From assembly GCF_004010195.1 (NCBI RefSeq), contig NC_057714.1, positions 24,361,097 to 24,425,096 on the forward strand: a stretch of 64,000 nt of DNA, given 5' to 3'. A program made the translations under genes and the position numbers. Each line of letters opens with the position of its first letter. Positions within the stretch are counted from its first letter, which is position 1. This DNA comes from Chiloscyllium plagiosum (taxonomy: Eukaryota). Shown one piece after another: positions 33,956 to 47,330 of the stretch. Below the pieces are notes generated by a model, which saw only the letters and a list, made by a program, of their open reading frames with translations, searched no databases and was not told the origin of the DNA.

Positions 33956-36079
33956 TATATCTATTTATTGAAGACATGTTTGGATGTAGTGAAAAACCTG
34001 AATTGGGAATTTCCTAGCTGCATGTAAGTAATACTAAATGACGCAATTAACATTCTTGGAAGATGCTAATAAGTCGATGAATTGTTTTTAACCTGGTTAC
34101 AAATTCTGCTTGAGCAGGATGGATTTCCCAGATATTGGTAAGGTACCAGCATTCGAGGTGATTTTGAGCAGCTGTTTGAATGGGTAAATAAATGCCATTG
34201 TCCCATTTAAATAAAATCTCACTTATTACAGCTACTGTTTCAGATCCCTCTGTCAAATCTTTTGCAGGCAATGCTTTTATAGATCAGTAACAGACAGAGA
34301 AGGAGGCAGAAGAGATTAAGAACACTGCACTCAGATGAGTGCATGACTGTCAGCGATGCAAGATAATATTCCGCACTAATATTTTGATGATTCACTAAAT
34401 ATGAAATGTAGCAAAGGAGATCTATAGGCCACCAGTCTTCCAGATGCTCATCCATATTTTGCACATCAACCCATTGAATTCCAGCTGATGTCGACATTCC
34501 TGATGAAACAGGTGACAGGGCAAGTTGGTGTTCAGTATGTAATAATGAGCGATGTAAAAAGTGGTACAAATCATTCAATTTGATGTGGCATTATTTTAAA
34601 AAAATTAACAAATGTAATATTATGTTAAATACTGCTTTGCATACTCTTGATGAATTACAATTTCATTCATGTATTCCTACTTCTTATACATTATGCAACC
34701 TGTGTGTTATCAGTAGATGTAGATACAAGTTGCTCAGTTCCCTGCCCTGATGATGCCTGATATATTTTGGGCCTTTGACCTTTAGGTTTTGGATCTGTTG
34801 AGGACCTTACAAAAGAGTGTTCTACCTACAGCAGTGTAAGGACAAGCTCAGCCACTGGGCAAGATGAGACAGCACAGAGGCAGTGACTGGGCTCAGGTAG
34901 CAGGTGAGAATGGATACTCTTTGAATGGAGTTCATACATTCACATCCGGTTTTACCAATATCCTATTCTGAAGCAGTGCTGTGTCATGCCTATCACTTTG
35001 TACCAGACCAAACAAGTGAAGTTCCGTGGTGTGTTGTAGGGCTATGCAATCTGTGATTCTGTTCACAGTAGCAGTCAAGTTGGCATCCAACATCTGCAGA
35101 GGGAGCACGGACCCATTTGGGAGCTAGTTTTGAAGTTCCTCAAGGATAACCACTCCTACCACAGCAGACATTCTCTCAATCCCCTGCACCACCACTGCTT
35201 CCTTCATCTCCTGTTCTATAACGCAGAATGGTACATGACACATCCATCAACACCGACATTTACACCTCCAACATACTCCTCCTGATGTTTAGTATCTGTG
35301 TCCAGCTTGGTAAGACAACGTCTCTGTGTCTGTGTAAACCTTTACTCCCTTGTAAGGTGTAAATCACTGAATGAAGACAAAATCCACTTGTTAGGTATGA
35401 GTATCTGTGCTAGTGCCTGGTTGTCTGTGCTGCGATGGTGCACCCTTAGAAGGAATCGGCTTTACTGAAGAATCATCCTCATGGTCATCCTGAGACACTA
35501 GTTATATCTGTGAAGATCCTGGGAGATGAAACAAACAGACCTGAATCAGTTCTGGCAAAGTCACAATCTTGAAGAGTATCAAATGCAGTCTTACAGAGTT
35601 CAGTCATTGATGAAATAAAGTCAGCACAGGTATGACTGAGATACTTGTAACTCTGTCATCAACGACCTGGTAATTTCTCCTCTTTCTGTTCTGGAGTGAG
35701 GGATGCAGCTATACTGTTTACTTCCAAAACATCCTCTGCTTTCAGCTATGCTGCTGGTTCCAATCCACTTCCGATCCTGACCCTCTCTTTTGCATTTTGT
35801 ACTTCCTCCTTCAACAAGGATCAGAATACAAGTTTGTAAAGGAGTGAAGATGAGTTAATGATGGATGTAGTGCCTTCTGTGAGGGTGTGTTTGAGAAATA
35901 TATTTCACATTGTTTAAAAAATATTAACTTTGGATGGATCAATGGGGAGATGTTTATATAAAATGAATGTGAATGCAGTTGAAATTTGATTGAGACTGAG
36001 GGATATAAATGTGTACAAGTACTAATTCAGGGGGAAAAAATGTAGTCTAAAAGCACAAGCTGCAGTTCAGTCAGCAAAC

Positions 36080-36390
36080 GTACTCACGTTTTCTGTCCAG
36101 ATTGGGTAATTGAATGGCCAATCCACGTAACCTGCATATCTTTGGATTGTGGGAGGAAAGCTTGGTGCAACATCAAGGGCTGAGGGGCCAGTACTACACT
36201 TATGTTCTATGTAAATGTCTACTACATTGATCTGGGCACAACAATACTGCTGCTTACATCTTCAGTCCATCTAGCCATGTTCTCGTGACAGCAGCAGGGT
36301 TCCTCCTCCCATTGTTAGGGAGAAGCATCTTCCTTCTCTTCCTGGATGCACCTACTGTAATTCCAGGGATTTTGGGTGCTGTTCTTGCTC
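36080..36390 (-). pseudogene. Harbinger Myb/SANT-like DNA-binding protein first-exon relic
   Basis: Reverse complement reads APK...RKRRKMLLPNNGRRNPAAVTRTW...EDVSSSIVVPRS, then a GTGAGT donor near 36087. Small SINE/CR1 pieces interrupt it at about 36118-36212. Confidence 0.6.
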
Positions 36391-36609
36391 TATATTCACC
36401 ACTCATCCTGAACGCTAACAATTTACACTTATGGATCCTCTCTTTGCCACATTATGTTGGCTATGCATTATGCCACGCAAATTGGAGTCTGAAACCGGGA
36501 AGCCAAAATTAATTAGCAGAATTGAATTAAATTGCAGTTTTTGTTGTGCAGTGGTGCAATCCAATTAGAATTTTGTAAAAGATTAGATGGACCTGTAGAA
36601 ATATATCTT

Positions 36610-36722
36610 GAACAAAGACATTAGCTCTGCTTTCTCTCCACAAATGCTGTCAGAACTGCTGAGTTTCTCCACCAATTCTGATTTTGTTTCAGATTTCCAG
36701 CATCTGCAGTTCTTTGTTTCTT
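36610..36722 (+). mobile_element. Older PLE-terminus family copy
   Basis: ctctgctttctctccacaaatgctgtcagaactgctgagtttctcc...ttcagatttccagcatctgcag. Confidence 0.7.
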
Positions 36723-38016
36723 TAAAAAGTACATTTTTAACTTAGAACAGGCACTCTGATAAAGAAAAGACACTGGCTACAATAGCAACACAGGTGCTGG
36801 GCGCTCGGATGGAGTCATTCAGTCCAGGAGACTTTCAGAGAGAGGTCACATGATGCACGTTGTGGTTGGGATAACGTTCTGCATTTTTGAAGTCAGTGAG
36901 AGAGAACTTGTGCCCTGCTTCAGGAGCAAGAGCATATCACTGCATCTTTCTTTGTAACTCATCCAGCAAAGTGTGTGAGCTGAAAAACACACAGCGTTGC
37001 CACTTATGGAGAGGATTTATTGGAATTTACTCTTCAAACTCCAGGAAAGGAAATTCAACTGAATGCAACTGTTCCAGAAAGACACCCCCAGTGCCAGCAG
37101 CTTCGGAATCAGAACTCTATCAGGGCCAGTCCATGACATATCCTTTTCTCATGAGCTTAACTATCATTTGGCCAAAATTAAGTTAACACTCTGTAGGGTT
37201 TTCAATTTTTTGTATCTTCCCACATTTGAATGTAAGTTAAAAGGTATACATTTATATATGATTTGCATAATCAAAATTGTCAATAAGCTTTGCATTTTTG
37301 TTTGACTAAGCTTGCTGTTGTTATATGTCGCTGACTAAAGAAATTTGGTTGACTTATTCTTAATATTGAACCTGACACAGTGTGAGAGCTATATAATTGG
37401 CCATATCACCAACCCAGTTATATATTAAAGTTGTTGTAACCAGCGGAGGTATGAGACGAGAAAAATGATACATCTCTCCGACCTCAGCCGTAACAAGTCT
37501 GATCAGCTTAGTTGATTTCCAGGTCTCCTCCACAAATTCCATTTCACCCTCACCATGGCAAAGTAACCACACTCTGATTAATGGTGGGGCAACTGTGTCA
37601 AGTTGTCAACGCGTAATTTTGAAAGGAGCTCAAGTCTATCAACAAAGTAGGGAGACTTACTAAAACAAGAGTTGTCAGGAGAAACCAGGGTAATTTGCCA
37701 CTTTCCAAGAGAGATTATGGCCCGATAAATCAAACAGGAGCCGGCACTTAGTGAATAAAGGAGTCTAAATCTCTTTGTAAAAATTGAACTTTGTTTGCAT
37801 TGAATGTTTGTGAAATCTACCATTTTAATTTGAAATTTGCCTCAGTTCTACCGGATCTTCACAGGAAGAGTAGCTGAAGGTAAGTATCTGAAATTGTTTT
37901 TTTCTATAATGGGTCAGCTAGCTTCTTTGCTTTGACAGCATATAAAGTTATGCATGTCAGTATAACTTAGCACAGCATGAACATAGTGCTGGGAGTTTGG
38001 TGAGCAAGGTGAGGGG

Positions 38017-38425
38017 AGACAATAGACAATAGGTGCAGGAGTAGGCCATTCTGCCCTTCGAGCCTGCACCACCATTCATTATGATCATGGCTGATCGTCC
38101 TTAATCAGTATCCTGTTCCTGCCTTATCTCCATAACCCTTGATTCCACTATCCTTGAGAGCTCTATCCAACTCTTTCTTAAATGAATCCAGAGACTGGGC
38201 CTCCACTGCCCACTCGGGCAGAGCATTCCACACAGCCACCACTCTCTGGGTGAAGAAATGTCTCCTCATCTCTTGCACTCCCTCAATAGCCAGAATGTCT
38301 TTCCTCAAATTTGGAGACCAGAACTGCACACAATACTGCAGGTGTGGCCTCACCAGGGCCCTGTACAGCTGCAGAAGAACCTCTTTGCTTCTATACTCAA
38401 TCCCTCTTGTTATGAAGGCCAGCAT
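38017..38425 (-). mobile_element. Young CR1 3' fragment with internal deletion
   Basis: ORF 38105-38425 has LYRALVRPHLQYCVQFWSP...IEGVQ fused directly to EMRRHFFTQRVV. Confidence 0.92.
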
Positions 38426-38639
38426 GAAGGAAAGACATTCTCCCTTGCTTGTGCTTTTTCTACCTTTTTCACCTGATAGGAACTGGTTCTTCCTCTTCTA
38501 CAGGAAATTGTTTGGTAGGGGTATGTTGGTCAGATTGATTGATTGTATTCTGATGGTTTAAAATAATATGGGTAAGAGTAGTACCACTAATAAAATGTAT
38601 CACGAAGGACAATACATTACTTAAAATAATTAAGCAGTT

Positions 38640-39416
38640 AATGGAAATGCAGGATTGAATAAAGAGAGAAAGGGAGCCTTAGGGCAGTTACTGGGAGCTC
38701 AAAACTGCAGAAGCTCTAGCGGAGTATAATATGTGCAACAATAAACTTAAAAAAGGAAATTAGAAGAGCAAAAAGGGGGCAGGAATGAATAATGGCACAT
38801 AAAATAAAACAAAGTCCTAAGTTGTTTTAGAAGTACAGTAAGGATAAAAGGATAATGAGGGAAAGAGTAGGAATTATTAAGGACCACAGTGGTAATTTGT
38901 GCATGGAGCCAGAAGACACAAATAAAGATCCAATAGAATAATTTGTGTCAATGTTCACTAGTGAGAGGGACGATGTGGGTATAGAAATCAGAGAGAAGGA
39001 CTGTGATAGACTTAAAGAAATTAGCAGAGACAGCAAGGAGATCCTGAGTAGTCTACCACACTTTAAGATTGATAAATGTCATGACCAATGAAATGTTGAA
39101 TGTGGTAAGAGAGGGAAAAGCAGAGGAGCTTACAAAAATTTTCAATTCCTCTCTGGCCAGAGGAACTTTCCAAAAAAATGTGGTACTGTTATTCAAGAGG
39201 GAACAATGGATACACCAAGAAACTATTTGGACAGTCAGCCTAACCTCAGAGGTGGGAAACTATCAGAAGCTATTCTGAAGGAGAGAATTAAACTGCACTT
39301 GGTGAGATGGATTAATCAAGAAGTCAGCAAGATTTTGTTAAGGGGAAGTTACGTCTGACCAACCTGATTGAATGTTTGAAGGGGTAACCGGGTGTGCAGA
39401 TGAGGGTAATGAATTT
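38640..39416 (+). mobile_element. Old CR1 ORF2, first half (continues at 42606)
   Basis: KKEIRRAKRG, NVV.LFK, VSLTS.VG and CLTNLIE.FEGVT..ADEG motifs. Confidence 0.8.
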
Positions 39417-39966
39417 AGAACATAGAACAATACAGTGCAAACATGCCCTTTGGGCCGATGTTGCGCCGACCTGTGAACTATTCTCAGCTTGTCCCCAACA
39501 CTATCCCAAAATCATCCATGTGCTTATACAAGGATTGTTTAAATCTCCCTAACGTGGCTGAGTTGACTACATTAGCAGGTAATGCATTCCACTCCCTTAT
39601 CACTCTCTGTGTAAAGGACCTACCTCTGACATCTGTCTTAAATCTATCACCCCTCAATTTGTAGTTATGCCCCCTTGTACATGCTGCCGTCATCCTCCTA
39701 GGAAAAAGACTTTCACTGTCTACCCTACTTAATCCTCTGATTATCTTGTATGTCTCTATCAAATCCCCTCTTAGCCGCCTTCTTGCCAATGAGAACAGGT
39801 TCAAGTCTCTCAGCCTTTCCTCATAAGACCTTCCCTCCAGACCAGGCAACATCCTGGTAAATCTCCTCTGCACCTATTCCAATGCTTCCACATCCTTCCC
39901 CAAATATGGGGATCAGAGCTGTACACAATATTCCAAGTGTGGCCGCACCAGCGTTTTGTATAGTTG

Positions 39967-40133
39967 NNNNNNNNNNNNNNNNNNNNNNNNNNNNNNNNNN
40001 NNNNNNNNNNNNNNNNNNNNNNNNNNNNNNNNNNNNNNNNNNNNNNNNNNNNNNNNNNNNNNNNNNNNNNNNNNNNNNNNNNNNNNNNNNNNNNNNNNNN
40101 NNNNNNNNNNNNNNNNNNNNNNNNNNNNNNNNN
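39967..40133. other. Assembly gap (N run)
   Basis: Run of n characters. Confidence 1.
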
Positions 40134-41039
40134 NCTGCCTTCTTTCAGAAAGCCAGTTTCTAATCCAAGCCACTAAATCACCCTCAATTCCATGCCTCTG
40201 CATTTTCTCCAACAGGCTACCATGTGGAACGTTATCAAAGGCTTTACTGAAGTCCAAGTATACCACGTCAACTGCCCTAACCTCATCTACATGCTGAGTC
40301 ACCTTCTCAAAAAAACTCAATGTGGTTTGTGAAACATGACCTGCCCTTGATGAACCCATGTTGACTATCTGAAATCAAATTGTTGCTTGCAAGATGATTA
40401 TAAATCTTATCTCTTATAATCCTTTCCAAAACCTTTCCTACAACAGAAGTAAAGCTCACTGGTCTATAATTACCTGGGTCATCTCTACTGCCCTTCTTAA
40501 ACAAGGGCACAGCATTTGCAATCCTCCAGTCCTCTGGTACCAAGTCTGTAGACAATGACAACTCAAATATCAAAGCCAAAGGCTCTGCTATCTCCCTAGC
40601 TTCCCAGAGAATCCTCAGATAAATCCCATCTGGCCCAGGGGACTTGTCTACTTTCACTCCTTCTAGAATTGATAGCACCTGTTCGTAACTAACCTCAATC
40701 CTTTCTAGTCTAAAATCTCATACCTCATTCTTCTCCTCCACAATGTTCTCCTTTTCCTGAGTGAAAACTGATAAATGTTCATTTAGCACCTCTCTGGTCT
40801 CCACACTCAACTTCCCACTTCTGCCTTTGGCCCTATTCCTACCCTAATCATCCTTTTATTCCTTACATACCTATAGAAAGCTTTTTTTTTAGATTAGATT
40901 AGATTAGATTACTTACAGTGATGTTCATTTAGCACCTCTCTGGTCTCCACAGGGTCCACACTCAACTTCCCACTTCTGCCTTTGGCCCTATTCCTACCCT
41001 AATCATCCTTTTATTCCTCACATACCTATAGAAAGCTTT

Positions 41040-41361
41040 TTTTTTAGATTAGATTAGATTACTTACAGTGTGGAAACAGGCCCTTCGGCCCAACAAGTCC
41101 ACACCACCCCGCCAACGCGCAACCCACCCATACCCCTACATTTACCCCTTACCTAACACTACGGGCAATTTAGTGTGGCCAATTTACCTGGCCTGCACAT
41201 CTTTGGACTGTGGAAGGAAACCGGAGCACCCGGAGGAAACCCACGCAGACACGGGGAGAACGTGCAAACACCACACAGTCAGTCACCTGAGGCAGGAATT
41301 GAACCCGGGTCTCTAGCGCTGTGAGGCAGCAGTGCTAACCACTATGCCACCGTGCCGCCCA
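41040..41361 (-). mobile_element. Young HE1-like SINE with (TCTAA)n-A tail inside a CR1
   Basis: Full head ...gcggcacggtggcatagtggttagcactgctgcctcacagc on the minus strand, with many CpGs retained. Confidence 0.93.
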
Positions 41362-42605
41362 CTTTAGGGTTCTCCTTTTATTCTATTTGCTAAAGACTGC
41401 TCATGTCCTCTCTTTGCTCTTCTTAACTCTCTTTTTAAATCCTTTCTAGCTGATCTGTAACTCTCCATCGCCTCATCTGAACCATCTTGCCTCATCAACA
41501 CATAAGCCGCCTCCTTCTTCGTAAAAGAGATGCAATTTCTGTTGTAAACCATGGTTCCCTTACCTTATCACTTCCTCCCTGCCTGACAGGGACATACCTA
41601 TGAAGGACACGCAATATCTGTTCCTTAAACCAGCTCCATATTTCCATTGTCTGCATCCCCTGCATTTTGCTACCCCATTCTATGCATCCTAATTCTTGCC
41701 TAATCGCATTATAATTGCCCTTGCCCCATCAATAACTCTTGACCTGTGGCTTGTACCTATCCCTTTCCATCACTAAACTAAATATAACTGAATTATGGTC
41801 ACTCTCTCCAAAGTGCTCACCTACAACTAAATCAAACACCTGGCCTGGTTCATTACCAAGCACCAGATCCAGGGTGACCTCCCTTCTTGTCGGCCCTTCA
41901 ACATACCGTGTCAGGAAACCATTCTGTACACATTGAACAAAAACTGATCCATTCGACCTACTAGAGTTATAGCATTTCCAGTCAATGTTGGGGAAGTTAA
42001 AGTCCCCCATAATAACCACCCTCTTCCTTTCACTCCTACCCAGAATAATTTTGCTAATCCTCTCTTCCACCTCCCTGGAACTCTGCAGAGGCCTATAAAA
42101 AAAAACTCCAAGCAGTGTGACCTCTCCTCTCCTATTTCTAACCTCAGCCTACACTACCTTAGTAGACGAGTTCTCATCAAAAGTTTTCTTTTCCACTGTT
42201 ATACTATTGTTGACGAACTAGGCCACACCTCCCCCTCTTTTACTGCCTTGCCTGTTCTAAATGAAAGATCTAAACCCTGGAACCTGCAACATCCATTCCT
42301 CACCCTGTTCTATCTATGTCTCTGAAATGGCCACAACATCGAAGTCCCAGGTACCTATCCATGCTGCAAGCTCACCTACCTTATTTCGGATACTTCTGGC
42401 GTTGAAGTAAACACACTTCAAACCACTTCGCTGTCTGCCAGCACATTCCTGTGACCCTAAAATCCTGTCCCTGTCCTTCCTACTCTCATCCTCTTGTTCA
42501 CTGCAACTACACCTCCAGTTCCCATCCCCCTGCTGAGCTAGTTTAAACCCACCCAAATCGCACCAGCAAATTTTCTACCCAGGATATTAGTACCCCTCTG
42601 GTTCA

Positions 42606-43725
42606 TCTATTTGGTCTTGAAGCAAGGCTTTTATAAGGAAGGCTTAGAATGCAAGTTAGAGCTCGGGGAGGCAAGGAAATTTAACTAATTGGTTCTAGAA
42701 TTGGATGAGTCTGAGAAAGCAGAGGGTGATGTTTGAGGGGTTTCCTTGTGACTGGAAGCCTGCGTCCAATGGGGTCCCACTGGGTTCACTGAGGCCCTTG
42801 TTATTTATGGTATATGAATGGTTTAGACTTGATTGTAGAAGGGTTGATTAAGTATGCAGATGATCTGGAAATTGGTGGGGTGGTAAATAATGAGGAGGAT
42901 AGTCTTAGATTATAGGAGGATAAAGGCAGGCTGGTCAGATGGGGTGATCAGTGACAAATGGAATTCAATCTGGATAAGTGTGAGGTGATGCACTTGGGTA
43001 GGACAAACAATGCAAGGGAAAACATGATGAACGGTAGGATCCTGGGAAGTCTGAGACCTTAGTGTGCACATACACTGGTCCCTGAAGGTATCAGGATAGG
43101 TAGATAAAGTGCTTTAAAAGACACATGCAAGTGTTGCCTTTATGAGCCAAGGCATAGAGCTTTAAGAGTGGGGCAATTTGCTGGAACAGTACAAAACGTT
43201 GGTTAGGCCACAGCTAGAGTACTGTGTGCATTTCTGGAATACAGATAATAGGAGGGATGTGACAGCACTGGAGAGGGTGCAGAGGAGATTTACCAGGTGC
43301 TGGTTGGATAGAGAGTTTTAGTTATAAAGAGAGATTGGGTAGATAGAGGTTATTTTCATTGGAGCAGAGGAAACTGACAGAAGACATAATTGAAAACTAT
43401 TACATTTTGACAGGATAGATAGAAATCTTTGCGCTTGTTGGAAGGATCAATAACCAGGGGGCATAGGTTTAAGGGGCAGGGGATATGAGGTAAACTATTT
43501 TTCACCTGGAGGGTGGTGAGCATTTGGAACTCAGTGCCTGTAAGGGTGGTTGAGGTAGAAACACTCAGAATTTAAGAAGTATTTAGATGTGCACTTGTGA
43601 CGCAAGGCTACGGGCCAAATGTTGGAAGTGGGATTAGAATAGTTAGATGGTTGTTTTTGAATGGCACAGACTTGGTAGCTGAAAGGCCTTTTACATTGCT
43701 GTAGGACTCTATGGCGATGACTCTA
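42606..43725 (+). mobile_element. Old CR1 ORF2, second half and 3' end
   Basis: KYADDLEIGG, MEFNLDKCEVMHLG, KTLVRPQLEYCVHFW, LERVQRRFTR. Confidence 0.85.
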
Positions 43726-44304
43726 TGACATTAAATTGGCAGGACAGGTGATGTCCTGTGGCTGCAGCATCTATGAGTACTTGGTGCTGTCGTGATCCAG
43801 GATATGAAATGGGAAGTTTTTCCCCTTCATTTATTGAACTGAGCTGTAGACATTATGACAAATCGGGATGATGGGGAAGTTACCTGGATGTTTTGTTCCA
43901 GGAAGAAGTCATATCCCTTGGAATAAAGTGTTCTGATTTGACTTTGAACTAAATAGTGGTGACAAGAAGCAAATTTTGGAAGGTGCGATAAGACTAGAGA
44001 CAAGACAAAACAGAAAGGAATGTTAGTGGTTCTAGTAAATTTAACCCTCTGCAAGGTAAACCTAGTTGGTTTACTGATAAACCAGTTAACTTATTGTCAC
44101 CTTAAAACTGAAACTAAGAGAAATTTTAGATCATTAAAGGAACTTCGTCAGCTTCACCAGCTATCGCCTGCATCCTGTAATGAAATATCCTCTTTCCGAG
44201 GAGCCTATGAACCAACATTATCTCAAGATGGAATGTAGTTCAGGTATATTGTAGCAGAAAAAACTTTTCAAGTTTACCAATATCAGTGCTTAGAATCCTA
44301 ACTT

Positions 44305-44449
44305 AAGAATCAAGAACATAAAAATATAGGAGCAGGAGTTGGCCATTCAAATCACAGTTGATCTGGCTAGGCCTTAACCATTCTTTCATGCCAGTTCATC
44401 TCATCCCTCAACTCTGGGATATTTCAAAAATCTACCTTCTTCGTCTAAT
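44305..44449 (-). mobile_element. CR1 3' end (continues at 46420-47330)
   Basis: aagaacataaaaatataggagcaggagttggccattca. Confidence 0.7.
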
Positions 44450-46418
44450 TCTATCCATTTTAAAATAGTGATTGAAAAGGATAGACCAGATCTAAAAGTT
44501 GAAGTTCTAAATTGGAGAAAGGCCAATCTTGACCGTATTAGGCAAGAACTTTTGAAAGCTGACTGGAGGCAGATGTTTGCAGGTAAAGGGGACGGCTGGA
44601 AAATGGGAAGCCTTCAGAAATGAGATAACAAGAATCCAGAGAAAGTATACTCCTGTCAGGGTGAAAGGAAAGGCTGGTAGGTATAGGGAATGCTGGATGA
44701 CTAAAGAAATTGAGGGTTTGGTTAAGAAAAAGAAGGAAGCATATGTCAGGTATAGACAGGATAGATCGAGTGAATCCTTAGAAGAGTATAAAGGAAGTAG
44801 GAGTATACTTAAGAGGGAAATCAGGAGGGCAAAACAGGGACATGAGATAGCTTTGGCAAATAGAATTAAGGAGAATCCAAAGGGTTTTTACATTATATTA
44901 AGGACAAAAGGGTAACTAGGGAGAGAATAGGCCCCTCAAAGATCAGCAGGGCTGCCTTTGTGTGTAGTCACAGAAAATGGGGGAGATACTAAATATTTTG
45001 CATCAGTATTTACTGTGGAAAAGGATATGGAAGATATAGACTGTAGGGAAATAGATGGTTACATCTTGCAAAATGTCCAGATTACGGAGGAGGAAGTGCT
45101 GGATGTCTTGAAATGGGTAAAAGTGGATAAATCCCCAAGACCTGATCAGGTGTACCCGAGAACTCTGTGAGAAGCCAGCGAATTGATTGCTGGGCCTCTT
45201 GCTGAGATATTTGTATTATCGATAGTCACAGGTGAGGTGCTGGAAGACTGGAGGTTGGCAAACGTGGTGCCACTGTTTAAAAAGGGTGGTAAAGACAAGC
45301 CAGGGAACTATAGACCAGTGAGCCTGATCTCGGTGGTGGGCAAGTTATTGGAGGGAATCCTGAGGGACAGGATGTACATGTATTTGGAAAGGCAAGGGCG
45401 GATTAGGGATTTTCAACATGGCTTTGTGCGTGGGAAATCATGTCTCTCAAATTTGATTGAGTTTTTGAAGAAGTAACAAAGAGGATTGATGAGGGCAGAG
45501 CAGTAGATGTGATCTATATGGACTTCAGTAAGGCGTTCAACAAGGTTCCCCATAGGCGACTGATTAGCAAGGTTAGACCTCATGGAATACGGGGAGAACT
45601 AGCCAATTGGATACAGAACTGGCTCAAAGGTAGAAGACAGAGGGTGGTTGTGGAGGGTTGTTTTTCGGTCTGGAGTCCTGTGACCAGTGGAGTGCCACAA
45701 GGATCCTCTACTTTTTGTCATTTACATAAATGATTTGGATGCGAGCGTAAGAGGTACAGTTAGTAAGTTTGCAGGTGACACCAAAATTGGAGGTGTAGTG
45801 GACAGTGAAGAGGGTTACCTCAGATTACAACAGGATCTGGACCAGATGGGCCAAGGGGCTGAGAAGTGGCAGATGGAGTTTAATTCAGATAAATGCGAGG
45901 TGCTGCATTTTGGGAAAGCAAATCTTGGCNNNNNNNNNNNNNNNNNNNNNNNNNNNNNNNNNNNNNNNNNNNNNNNNNNNNNNNNNNNNNNNNNNNNNNN
46001 NNNNNNNNNNNNNNNNNNNNNNNNNNNNNNNNNNNNNNNNNNNNNNNNNNNNNNNNNNNNNNNNNNNNNNNNNNNNNNNNNNNNNNNNNNNNNNNNNNNN
46101 NNNNNNNNNNNNNNNNNNNNNNNNNNNNNNNNNNNNNNNNNNNNNNNNNNNNNNNNNNNNNNNNNNNNNNNNNNNNNNNNNNNNNNNNNNNNNNNNNNNN
46201 NNNNNNNNNNNNNNNNNNNNNTGCCAGAGGAAGTGGTGGAGGCTGGTACAATTGCAACATTTAAGAGGCATTTGGAAGGGTATATGAATAGGAAGGGTTT
46301 GGAGGGATATAGGCCGGGTGCTGGCAGGTGGGACTAGATTGGGTTGGGATATCTGGTTGGCATGGACAGGTTGGACCGAAGGGTCTGTTTCCATGCTGTA
46401 CATCTCTATGACTCTGAC
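44450..46418 (+). mobile_element. Young 5'-truncated CR1 ORF2
   Basis: DWRLANVVPLFKKG, GNYRPVSL, YMDFSKAF, SGVPQG, KFAGDTKIGG, ending ctctatgactctgactcta. Confidence 0.95.
45930..46221. other. Assembly gap (N run)
   Basis: Run of n characters. Confidence 1.
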
Positions 46419-46419
46419 T

Positions 46420-47330
46420 CTATCCTGCACAACTCTCTGCGGTGGAGGATTCTGAATATCTACTCTCCTCTGGGAGTAGAAATTCCTTTGCATCTCAGTT
46501 AGAAATGAATGTCCCCTTATTCTGTGACCAAGTCTGCTCATTTCCACCACTAGTGAGACATCTACCCTCTGAAGGCCACTCATAGTCTTGCTGCTTCTTC
46601 ATTAAGGTCACCCCTCATTTTTCTAAAGTCTAAGGAATAAAAAAGCCCACCCTGTTTAGCTGTTCTGGATAAGCTAATTCCTTCATCCCAGGAGTCAGCC
46701 TAATGAATCTCTTTTGAACCTCCAGCATACCCTTTCCTGAATACAGGAACCAAAACTGTACACTACTCCAGGTGTGGCCTCACCATCTGTAATAAGACTT
46801 CCAATTTTTAAACACCACCTCCCAAGCAAAAAAGGAAAAAATAACCTTCATGCTAAATGTTTTGTGTTTCATGCACAAGAACAGCTGCATTTGGCTGCAT
46901 TTTCTTGGAATCTCTCCATTTAAATAGTTTGCCTTTTGATTCTTCCTACCAAAGTGCATCACTTCACACTTTGCTACATTAAACACCATCTGCCACATTT
47001 TTGCCTACTCTTTCAATCTATCTATATCCTATGCAGATTCCTTATATCCTCATCACAACATGATCTTCTATTTTTTTTATTTTATTCTAGCATATGTGGA
47101 AATGTTACTCTCTGTCTCCTCTCCAAGTCATTAATATAGATCATATATAATTGACATCCTAGGACAGACCCTTATTGCATTTCACTAGTTGCATATTTCC
47201 AATCTGAAAATGACATTAGTTCCTACTTTTTGATTTTTCTGTGTTAATCAAACGTAATCCATGCTAATGCACCACCCCAAAATCATGAACTCTTATCGTA
47301 AGCAATTACATTTTATGTGGCATCTTCTGT
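46420..47330 (-). mobile_element. Old CR1 RT fragment
   Basis: WQMVFNVAKCEVMHFGRKN and RPHLE.C.QFW motifs on the minus strand. Confidence 0.8.

Larger units (their letters stand above)
39417..42605 (-). mobile_element. Near-complete CR1 ORF2 (APE endonuclease plus RT), disrupted, nested in an older CR1
   Basis: CVYFNARSIRNK...VAISET, IMGDFNFP, LDLVLGNE, SDHN, KSPGPDG, YRPVS, YLDFSKAFD, QRRFTRMLPG. Contains an N gap and a SINE. Confidence 0.95.

Noticed and set aside
39882-46583. Long ORFs containing X runs
   Set aside because: Artefacts of translation through N gaps.
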